DNA of 64,000 nt from an uncultured Bacilli bacterium (GTDB lineage Bacteria > Bacillota_I > Bacilli_A > RF39 > UBA660). The notes under the pieces were generated by a model, which saw only the letters and a list, made by a program, of their open reading frames with translations, ran no database searches and was not told the DNA's origin. How positions within the stretch are numbered: position 1 is the stretch's first letter; every line of letters starts with the position of its first letter. The position numbers and the translations under genes are program-made. Location of the stretch: positions 7,430-71,429 of the forward strand of contig CANROB010000005.1 in NCBI GenBank assembly GCA_947632115.1, written 5' to 3'. Shown here piece by piece: positions 29,731 through 37,689 of this stretch.

Positions 29731-30610
29731 AAAACCACCTCTTCTTCTCTATTTTTTTGATAACCATCTTAATCATCATACGATTTTGTTCAAACTTTTT
29801 TAACATTTCTTCACGAATTTTAGGATTCATTGGTGCATGAATTCTTTTTTCTACTCTTTGAAAAACATTTTCTAAATTTTCCTCTTCAATAATCCATAAT
29901 TTTGATTCAAAAAATTGAATATCCGAAGAGGAACAAGTTCGTAAATATTTCTCTAAAAAATTTGCTTTTTCATACATTTCAGTAGGAACGAAGAAATAAT
30001 CTTCTCGATCAATTCCTAAACTATATCCCCCTAACTCAATAGAGGTGTTATTAAGCATCCATTCATTATCTAAAAGGGGCGAAAAAGAAACATTTTTCCC
30101 TTTTTCTACTAAAAATAAATTATCAGAATGACGATCAATATTTCCAATTAAAACATCAAAGAAAAATATTTGTATCAATTGATTCATTAAAGCATCTACA
30201 ATACTAATTCTTCGATATTTTTTCATAAATGCTACTTTAATATCTCGAAAGTTATTAGTCTTAGCTAAATCTACGCCTTTTTGAGAAGCAAATTCTTCAA
30301 CTAATACATCTCCTAAACGGTAAAATTTCTCTTCTTTTTGAAAAATATCCTCACTGATAAAACCTAATTCACGGTGAGAAGAAGCTAAATCATAATGAGC
30401 ACAAGGAATTCCATAATCGCGCGCTAATTCCTCCGCTACTAATTCATGATAGCAACCACTTACAAAACGAGCTTGCCGATAAAAATATTTTTTTCCTTGA
30501 TAAAGAAAGGAAAACTGTGACTGATACGGAGTATCCAAGAAATTATCTAGAGAAATATATCCATCCTTTTCACGATATTCTTCCACAAAAACACCTACTT
30601 TTTTTCTCAT
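29723..30610 (-). CDS. HipA/CtkA-like (PI3K-like fold) protein kinase
   Basis: YHELVAEELA..YGIPCAHY, FDVLIGNIDRHSDN, SPLLDNE. Confidence 0.82.
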   Translation of the reverse strand: MRKKVGVFVEEYREKDGYISLDNFLDTPYQSQFSFLYQGKKYFYRQARFVSGCYHELVAEELARDYGIPCAHYDLASSHRELGFISEDIFQKEEKFYRLGDVLVEEFASQKGVDLAKTNNFRDIKVAFMKKYRRISIVDALMNQLIQIFFFDVLIGNIDRHSDNLFLVEKGKNVSFSPLLDNEWMLNNTSIELGGYSLGIDREDYFFVPTEMYEKANFLEKYLRTCSSSDIQFFESKLWIIEEENLENVFQRVEKRIHAPMNPKIREEMLKKFEQNRMMIKMVIKKIEKKRWFYG

Positions 30611-30670
30611 TGATGATAATAATTACATAAAACGGAATGAACCCTATTATATTATAAAAATACTTTCTTG

Positions 30671-30690
30671 TAAATAAAACAAAAAAGGCG
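30671..30690 (-). terminator. Terminator after noc
   Basis: GGCGT-GAAA-ACGCC followed by TTTTTT. Confidence 0.8.
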
Positions 30691-30699
30691 TTTTCACGC

Positions 30700-32400
30700 C
30701 TAGTTTTTACTAATTTTGAAAATAACTTGATATTCATTCTCTAAATCATACTCTTCGGTATCAATAGAATATCCACATTTTTCAATAGTATCATTAACTT
30801 GACGAATCAAATTAATAATTTCTTTAAAATCCAATCTTTGCGCTGGTTGAGCGGATGGAGGTAAAACAGGATCGTATTGTTTTGAATAATCTGTAATGAT
30901 AATTGGTTGAATATCTGTTTTTTCTTCCTTTAGAGAATCGTTTGCTGGTGGCGTATCTACTACTGGTGTTGGTTGAACTGGTTCTGGTGTTTCTGATACC
31001 TTAGGTTCCTCTTTCACTTCTGCAAAAGAACTTGGTAAATTGTTTTCTATGATTGGTGTAGATGGAATAGCAGAAATATCTGGTATAGATGGTATAGAAG
31101 GTACCTCTGGATTAAGAGATGGTACTTCTGGAATAATTGGCATAGCAGGATCACTAGATGATTCTACTGGTTCATTTTCTGGTATTACTGGAGTCACAGG
31201 TTCTAAAGATGGAGCTGGAACTACTGGTGTTTCCTCAACAGGAGTTGGTTCTATAGAAACCGTATCAAAAGGAGATGGAACTTTTGGTTCCTCTGGTGCC
31301 TTGTTTTCCACTTCTTGAGATACTGTTGGCATCGTTGGTGCAAGTAAATCTTGAAAATTAAATGGCTTTTGTTCTGTCTGGCCTGGTGTAGGCTCTTGTG
31401 TTGGTTCTTCACTAGTTGGTTTTACTTCAACAGAACCATTTTCAAGATTTGGAACTGGAGGAACTAAATTCTCCATACTAGAAGGTATTACAATATTTGG
31501 TATAACAGGAGCTTCTATTTTTTCCATAGAAGAACTTTCTTCTCCTACCATAGAATTTGATACAGGAGTTGGATTTTCCACAATTGGTGTGGATGGAATT
31601 CCACTAAAATCTACATTTGGAGTCTCACTAATTGGAGTAGCTGGAGCTAAAAGAGAATTAAAATCTACTGTTTTAGGTTGTTCAACGACATCTTGTGCCT
31701 CTTGTTGTTCCTTTTCTACATTCATAAATCCAGGAGTAGAAGTTACCCCTCCTGCTGGATTTGTATCATTATCATCGATTGGATCTGTAATAAAAGTTCC
31801 CATTTTCTCTATTTCCTCCTCCGTCTTTCGAACAGTTAACCTATTCTCAATAATTTTCTTTAACATTTCTCTTTGCTGAGAAGCTGCTTTTAACTTCAAT
31901 AAAGATCTTGCATGTCTTTCAGAAATTTTATCTTCCATCAAAGCTTCTTGAACTTCATCACAAAGATTTAAAAGTCTAATTTTATTCGCTATAGAAGATT
32001 GACTTTTACCAAGTTTAATTGCTAACTGTTCTTGTGTTAAATACCCCATATCTAAAATCTTTTTATAGGAAATAGCTTCCTCGATTGGAGTTAAATCTCT
32101 TCTTTGAACATTTTCAATTAATGCAACCTCTGCGCTATCTTTATCATTAAAACTAGATATAATAGCAGGAATGGTATCTTTTCCAGCTAAAACACTTGCT
32201 TTATATCTTCGTTCTCCGGCTATAATTTCGTACTTGTCACCTATCGGACGTACGATAATTGGTTGAATGACGCCATGTTCTTTGATGGATTCAGATAGTT
32301 CAATAATAGAATCTTCATTGAACTTAATACGTGGCTGAAACCGGTTTGGTAAGATGTCGTTTAAATCTAAATCTACTACTTTAGATCTCGTCTCGTCCAT
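30700..32400 (-). CDS. noc: Nucleoid occlusion protein Noc-like (ParB family CTPase) with long Pro/Glu-rich insert
   Basis: PNRFQPR, IAGERR, ENVQR; HTH GKSQSSIANKIRLL...ERHAR (Noc-type Q/K/R residues); Noc-like C-terminal INLIRQ...DTEEYDLENEYQVIFKI; downstream of rsmG. Confidence 0.8.
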   Translation of the reverse strand: MDETRSKVVDLDLNDILPNRFQPRIKFNEDSIIELSESIKEHGVIQPIIVRPIGDKYEIIAGERRYKASVLAGKDTIPAIISSFNDKDSAEVALIENVQRRDLTPIEEAISYKKILDMGYLTQEQLAIKLGKSQSSIANKIRLLNLCDEVQEALMEDKISERHARSLLKLKAASQQREMLKKIIENRLTVRKTEEEIEKMGTFITDPIDDNDTNPAGGVTSTPGFMNVEKEQQEAQDVVEQPKTVDFNSLLAPATPISETPNVDFSGIPSTPIVENPTPVSNSMVGEESSSMEKIEAPVIPNIVIPSSMENLVPPVPNLENGSVEVKPTSEEPTQEPTPGQTEQKPFNFQDLLAPTMPTVSQEVENKAPEEPKVPSPFDTVSIEPTPVEETPVVPAPSLEPVTPVIPENEPVESSSDPAMPIIPEVPSLNPEVPSIPSIPDISAIPSTPIIENNLPSSFAEVKEEPKVSETPEPVQPTPVVDTPPANDSLKEEKTDIQPIIITDYSKQYDPVLPPSAQPAQRLDFKEIINLIRQVNDTIEKCGYSIDTEEYDLENEYQVIFKISKN

Positions 32401-32429
32401 AGATAACCTCTTTTCTACCCTACAAATTC

Positions 32430-32475
32430 ATTATAATATAATTTGGGAAATAATTCAATAACCTATTGGGAAATA
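32430..32475 (-). promoter_or_regulatory. noc promoter containing two NBS half-sites
   Basis: TTGAAT-17-TATAAT; TATTTCCC at 32445-32452 (inside the spacer) and 32468-32475. Confidence 0.6.
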
Positions 32476-32492
32476 TTTAAGAGATAAAACTT

Positions 32493-32981
32493 TTATTTTC
32501 CCTCTTGATTTAATTTATATTCAATACTAATAACTTTTTCCTCTTCAAAAATAAATGTTAATACGGTATTTCCTTTTGAATAAACATAGGCACCATAAGA
32601 ATCTTCATAGTCATTTCCATAAGTTTCTTCTACTTCTTCTTTGGTACTTCCTAAATGAATACCCTCTTTTGTTGAAACTTTATCTGTTAAAAGAGTAATC
32701 GTATATATTTTTTCTACATCATTCTCGACATAATTATAAATTTCATAATCTGGATAAGTATAGATATGATCTTCTCCTTCAAAAGCGCAACTTTTTACCT
32801 TTTGGGTTGTGAAATCTTCCCCTAAATGACTTTGTACTTTTTGAAATTCTTCCCCTACTTTTACATCTACTCCTTCTATAGAAATAGCGTAATTATTATC
32901 ACTAGGGAATTCTTGCTCTTTTTTCTCTTCGCATCCAGTCATAAGTAAAAGTACTATCAAAATAAAGACAATCTTTTTCAT
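32493..32981 (-). CDS. Lipoprotein of unknown function
   Basis: Lipobox LLMTGC; TKEGIHLGST.EEV..YG segment. Confidence 0.82.
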   Translation of the reverse strand: MKKIVFILIVLLLMTGCEEKKEQEFPSDNNYAISIEGVDVKVGEEFQKVQSHLGEDFTTQKVKSCAFEGEDHIYTYPDYEIYNYVENDVEKIYTITLLTDKVSTKEGIHLGSTKEEVEETYGNDYEDSYGAYVYSKGNTVLTFIFEEEKVISIEYKLNQEGK

Positions 32982-34033
32982 TCTTTCCCTCCATACATCG
33001 TTATTTTTCCATATTTTTTTAATTCTTCATACTGTTCTTGTTTCATTTCTTCATAGTATGCTGTTTTCTCTTTATATTTTAAGGCAATTGTCTCATTATT
33101 TCGCATATCTTCTAAGGAATCGTTTTCTTTTAAGTAAAGACCTAAATATCTTGTTAGTTTTTCAGCGCCACTCACATTTAAGTGAAGTCCCGCATCATAG
33201 GTATCTTCTTGATAATCTAAGCCAATCTCTTCTTTTTTATCATAAAAATTTAAATAGGTTAAATGATTATGAAAAGCATATTCTTCTACTTGCTTTTCAT
33301 ATTCCTCATACCAATAAGGATAGGTAGAAGGAGATTTTACAAGTATAAGCTCGATGTTATTTTCTTCACATAACTTTCTAATCTTCTCTAAATATTCCAT
33401 ATTTTTTTCTTCAAAAGTGTAATTTGATAGAGGTTTTCCTTGATAAATCGTTGTTACAGGAACACTATCTACGCGCATGAGATAACCATTATGAGTAATT
33501 GGTTTCGTTTTAAAATAATACTTAAAATCTTCTTTTGTCAACTGAAAAATACGACTGTGATAGCGAAAAATAGGGAAAAGGTAAGAAAGAAATGTTTCTC
33601 CCTCTACCTTGAATGATTCTATTAAATCATATTTGATAAAAGAATTTTTCATGTTATCTAAAAGAAGACGATGATAAGATTCTTTTTCATATTCTTTTCC
33701 ATATCTTAAATCGTTCACACTAAAAATTACTATTTTAGGAATTTCATAATGAAGTGTCTCTTTTAGAATATAGTAAGAAGCGGCAAGTGTTTGCTGTGAA
33801 TTTCCACGGATATAAGAAGTATATCCAAATTCATTAAATAAAGTAATGGGAGAATAACTAGAGTAAACCTCACAATCCCCTAAAAACAAGATTTGATGGT
33901 TTTTATCTTCTTTATAGTATTCTCTTGTCATAGAACCTTCTACTAATTCTTCTTGATATTTAGGGACTACTAATCTTTGAATTCCTAAAAAAAGAAGTAG
34001 GAAAAGGAGTAAATAAAATCCCAATCGTTTCAT
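32978..34033 (-). CDS. Membrane-anchored SGNH-fold acyltransferase (AlgJ/PatB/DltD-like)
   Basis: FLGDCEV block I and DAGLHLN (DxxH-type) block; adjacent to MBOAT gene. Confidence 0.75.
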   Translation of the reverse strand: MKRLGFYLLLFLLLFLGIQRLVVPKYQEELVEGSMTREYYKEDKNHQILFLGDCEVYSSYSPITLFNEFGYTSYIRGNSQQTLAASYYILKETLHYEIPKIVIFSVNDLRYGKEYEKESYHRLLLDNMKNSFIKYDLIESFKVEGETFLSYLFPIFRYHSRIFQLTKEDFKYYFKTKPITHNGYLMRVDSVPVTTIYQGKPLSNYTFEEKNMEYLEKIRKLCEENNIELILVKSPSTYPYWYEEYEKQVEEYAFHNHLTYLNFYDKKEEIGLDYQEDTYDAGLHLNVSGAEKLTRYLGLYLKENDSLEDMRNNETIALKYKEKTAYYEEMKQEQYEELKKYGKITMYGGKE

Positions 34034-34041
34034 AAAACCAC

Positions 34042-35370
34042 CTAAAATCTACTATAAATAAATTCTGCCTTGTTAAAAGAAAATCCATAGTTACCAAAAA
34101 GAATAATCGTAAAAATAAATAATAAAAGAAGGATATAATCTCGGTTTCTTCCTAAGAAAGAAAAGGTTTTCTTTTGATATTTTTGATACTCCACAAAGAT
34201 AAAAAAGAAAATAGATATTATAAGAACTAAATAAGCAGCTGGACTCATAATTTCAAAAAAAGGAAGCGTAAATTTACTAGCATGAAAAATACTTATGATA
34301 CTCTCTAAATCTGGATACATAAAGAAAATCCAAAGTAGACAAACAACAATATAATTTTTTAAAATCGCTAAATTACTTTTAGGGTGATAGGAACATGTTT
34401 TTTCTAAAATTAAAAAAATTCCATTAAGCATTCCCCATAAAAGAAAATTCCAAGTAAAACCATGCCATAATCCACTTAATAGAAAAACTAGAAAAATATT
34501 TTGATTTCGCTTCCAAGTTGTAGTACGATTTCCACCTAAAGGAATATACACATAATCTTTAAACCAATTCGTTAATGTCATATGCCATCTATTCCAAAAC
34601 TCAGATAAACTTTTAGAAAAATAAGGAGTATTAAAATTCTCTTCTAAATCAATTTGTAACATTTTTGAAAATCCTAAAACAATATCCATACCAGAAGAAA
34701 AGTCAGCATAAATTTGAATACCATATAAAAGAAGTCCAAAAATAGGAATAATTCCTCCTATTTTTTCCGTTACAATAAAATTGACGATTAAATAAATGGA
34801 ATCAGCAATTACCAATTTTTTAAAAATTCCATAAAGAATACGTAAAGACCCATCAATTACATTTTGAAGATGAAAAGAATGATTTTGAAAAAGTGTTTTT
34901 TCTATTTTTTGATACCGATTAATCGGTCCTAAAATAAGCGTTGGAAAAAAAGAAATACTTAAGAAAAAGCGAAAAAAACCATTCGTTTTTATCTTTTTTT
35001 GATAAATATCTACTAAATAAGAAATAGAAGATAATGTGTAATAAGAAATACCTAAAGGAATAAGAATAGATCTACCTATCATTTCTTTTAATAAATTATA
35101 TTTTAAAGTAAGCAAAAGAATCATATTTAAAGAAATACCAATTATTAACTTTTTTTGATTTTTTTTAGAAGAAGATTCTTTTTCTATCCACAAACTGATA
35201 AGATATGTACTTATTCCACTTATCAAAATATAAAGAATATTCGACTCAAAAACATAAAATAGAATACTAAAAATTAATAATACTATCCATTGTTTTTTAA
35301 TAGGAACTATATAATAACTAACAAAGACAATAAATAAAAATAAGAAAAAAGAATAAGAAAGAAAACTCAT
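34042..35370 (-). CDS. MBOAT O-acyltransferase (AlgI/PatA/DltB-like)
   Basis: PLGISYYT, FKKLVIAD, YADFS, ENFNTPY, FWNRWHMTL, YIPLGG, SGLWHG. Confidence 0.93.
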   Translation of the reverse strand: MSFLSYSFFLFLFIVFVSYYIVPIKKQWIVLLIFSILFYVFESNILYILISGISTYLISLWIEKESSSKKNQKKLIIGISLNMILLLTLKYNLLKEMIGRSILIPLGISYYTLSSISYLVDIYQKKIKTNGFFRFFLSISFFPTLILGPINRYQKIEKTLFQNHSFHLQNVIDGSLRILYGIFKKLVIADSIYLIVNFIVTEKIGGIIPIFGLLLYGIQIYADFSSGMDIVLGFSKMLQIDLEENFNTPYFSKSLSEFWNRWHMTLTNWFKDYVYIPLGGNRTTTWKRNQNIFLVFLLSGLWHGFTWNFLLWGMLNGIFLILEKTCSYHPKSNLAILKNYIVVCLLWIFFMYPDLESIISIFHASKFTLPFFEIMSPAAYLVLIISIFFFIFVEYQKYQKKTFSFLGRNRDYILLLLFIFTIILFGNYGFSFNKAEFIYSRF

Positions 35371-35381
35371 ATCTTCACCTA

Positions 35382-36917
35382 CTAATTTGCACTAGGCCAT
35401 TTTTTATGATCCCAATTTTGTAATTTACTATATTCCTTATCTGTCATTAAAGTTGGTGCATCGTTTCCAGGTGTAGAATCAAGATGTCTCCATCCTTCTT
35501 CTACATAAACTAAATTCCAATAATGACTTTTATCTTTCGCATAAATAGATTGATTTTGAATACCTACCAAATCTAATAAAATTTTAGAAATGGCATAATG
35601 GGTATAACAGTCTCCCTTACGGGAAGTAATGCCCTTCCAAGCTGCTTCATAGAGATTTCTAGAATCATTTGATGAGTAACTAATATTTTTAAATACCCAA
35701 TCACGAACAGCTTGTGCTGTGTCATGGTCAGTTCCCCTTTTTAAATCATCTGCTATTGGTTTTAATTTTTCACGAACATCAGACGCATTTCCTAAAATGA
35801 TAATCTCTCTTTTACTTTTTGTCACATTTCCACTTTTATCTTTAGCCTCATAGGTAGCATAATAAGTTCCTGGCTTTGAAGTATTAACTTGTTTATTTTG
35901 ATAAGTTACTTTTACAGTGCCATCATGATTATCATAGGCATAAACTCCTTTGGTGTAATTAATTTTTTCTCCTCTTGTTACTTCTAAAGGAGTTAAATGA
36001 TAAATAACTGGACCTCTTGTATCTTTTTGAATGGTTAATTTTACAGTTACTTCTGTTTCATGATTTGCTTCATCTATTACTTTTATTTTTACTTTTTGTG
36101 TTCCTATTTTTGAATAATCAATCTGATCTATGTATTCTTTTTTAGTACGTGTTCCATCTGTTACTTTGACAAGAAAATCATCAATAGATACTTTCTCATC
36201 CCAATAAATGGTAACATTTCTTGTTTTAACAACAGGCTTTTTGGTATCCTGAACAGTTACTTTTACCGTATATTTTTCTTTATCTAATTCTAAAATAAGG
36301 TCTTGTTCTCCTAATTTTTTAGAATCAATTTTTTGAACAATTTTTTTCTCTTTAAATTCCTTAGGGTCAAAAAGAACCATATCTATTTTAAAATTCTCTC
36401 CTGCTTCTAAAGTAAATGTTTCTCTTACTTTTCCAATTTCTAAAGTGGCTTCTTTTATCGTTTCATTGAGGCAAGAATCAATTACTTTAATCTTTACTTT
36501 TTGTTTTCCTGGCTCTTTTTTGGGTTCTTCTACGAATTCTACTTGATAAGGAGTATCGTCTTTTACATCCTCAATAAATAATTCGGGCGTAATTTCTTCT
36601 TTTAAACCTAATTTTACATCTTCAATTGGTTTTTTGGTATCTATCACTTCTACTTTAGTATGATAAGTTCTTCCAAATAATTTTATATTGACATCATAGG
36701 TTCCTAATTTTTTAGTCGAAATATCATGAAGACTTGTAAGCATTTTCGCATCTCCAGAAAAGCCTATAAAAAAGTCGTTTAAAGAAATAGAACTATTTAT
36801 CTCAACAAGTATAGAAGAAAAAGGGTGAATACTATCTAGATAGGAAGTTATCCCAATTACAAGAAAAGAAACTATTATTAATAATACATAAATTTTTCTT
36901 TTCCAAAAATACTGCAT
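35382..36917 (-). CDS. Surface protein with Ig-like repeats and C-terminal transglutaminase-like domain
   Basis: N-terminal TM; repeated V.DTKKP/DTRGP Ig modules; GDC...HYWN...HLDST catalytic triad. Confidence 0.82.
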   Translation of the reverse strand: MQYFWKRKIYVLLIIVSFLVIGITSYLDSIHPFSSILVEINSSISLNDFFIGFSGDAKMLTSLHDISTKKLGTYDVNIKLFGRTYHTKVEVIDTKKPIEDVKLGLKEEITPELFIEDVKDDTPYQVEFVEEPKKEPGKQKVKIKVIDSCLNETIKEATLEIGKVRETFTLEAGENFKIDMVLFDPKEFKEKKIVQKIDSKKLGEQDLILELDKEKYTVKVTVQDTKKPVVKTRNVTIYWDEKVSIDDFLVKVTDGTRTKKEYIDQIDYSKIGTQKVKIKVIDEANHETEVTVKLTIQKDTRGPVIYHLTPLEVTRGEKINYTKGVYAYDNHDGTVKVTYQNKQVNTSKPGTYYATYEAKDKSGNVTKSKREIIILGNASDVREKLKPIADDLKRGTDHDTAQAVRDWVFKNISYSSNDSRNLYEAAWKGITSRKGDCYTHYAISKILLDLVGIQNQSIYAKDKSHYWNLVYVEEGWRHLDSTPGNDAPTLMTDKEYSKLQNWDHKKWPSAN

Positions 36918-36987
36918 AGGAATACGCCTCCAATAATTATTTATTATATCACAAAAAAGAATAAACCAATATGTTATAGTTTATTCT

Positions 36988-37689
36988 TTATAAAGGTCTT
37001 TTTTTCATATCTGAAAATTTACGGGGATACTCTAGTGGTGTCATAAGTTCTTTCCTGATAAGATAAAGTGTTCGATTACTATTTTCTTTTGGTAAGAAAA
37101 AGTTATCAATTTTTTCTATTTTCGTATGGAGTAAAGTAAAAGCACGAGTTTCCTCTTCTTCTCGTTTTACTGACCCTTTCATAGGAATAAAATATCCCCC
37201 TACTTTTACTATCGGAATACAATATTCTAAAAGCATTGAAAGAGGCGCTACAGCTCGCGCGGTTACAACATCAAATCGATTACGATTCTTTTGAGCATAA
37301 TCCTCAGCCCTAGTAGCAATAACCTCAATTTTTTCTAACCCTAAGGTTTGAATAACAACTTTTAAAAATTCTACTCTTTTATGAAGGGAATCCACTAAAG
37401 TTACTTCTAAATTAGGATAAAGAATCTTTAAAACCATTCCCGGAAATCCTGCTCCTGTTCCGATATCACAAAGATTACTAGCACGGTTTAAATCATATAC
37501 TCTAGCAATTGTTAAGCTATCATAAAAATGCTTTAAATAAACAGCTTCTTTTTCCGTAATACCGGTTAAATTCATCACTTTATTATATTGAATTAATAAC
37601 TCATAATAGGTTTCCAATTTCCTTAATTGTTGATCTGTAATATCTATCTTTAATTCTTGTAAAGCACTAATAAATTCTTTAAGATTCAT
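36988..37689 (-). CDS. rsmG: 16S rRNA m7G527 methyltransferase
   Basis: MNLTGIT, KHFYDS, DIGTGAGFPG, TARAVA. Confidence 0.96.
   Translation of the reverse strand: MNLKEFISALQELKIDITDQQLRKLETYYELLIQYNKVMNLTGITEKEAVYLKHFYDSLTIARVYDLNRASNLCDIGTGAGFPGMVLKILYPNLEVTLVDSLHKRVEFLKVVIQTLGLEKIEVIATRAEDYAQKNRNRFDVVTARAVAPLSMLLEYCIPIVKVGGYFIPMKGSVKREEEETRAFTLLHTKIEKIDNFFLPKENSNRTLYLIRKELMTPLEYPRKFSDMKKRPL

Noticed and set aside
23660-30610. Accessory block as a mobile element
   Set aside because: No integrase, transposase, tRNA target or flanking direct repeats seen
31040-31879. Plus-strand Gly-rich ORFs (92 and 96 aa) opposite noc
   Set aside because: Antisense shadows of Pro-rich codons in the noc insert; no RBS
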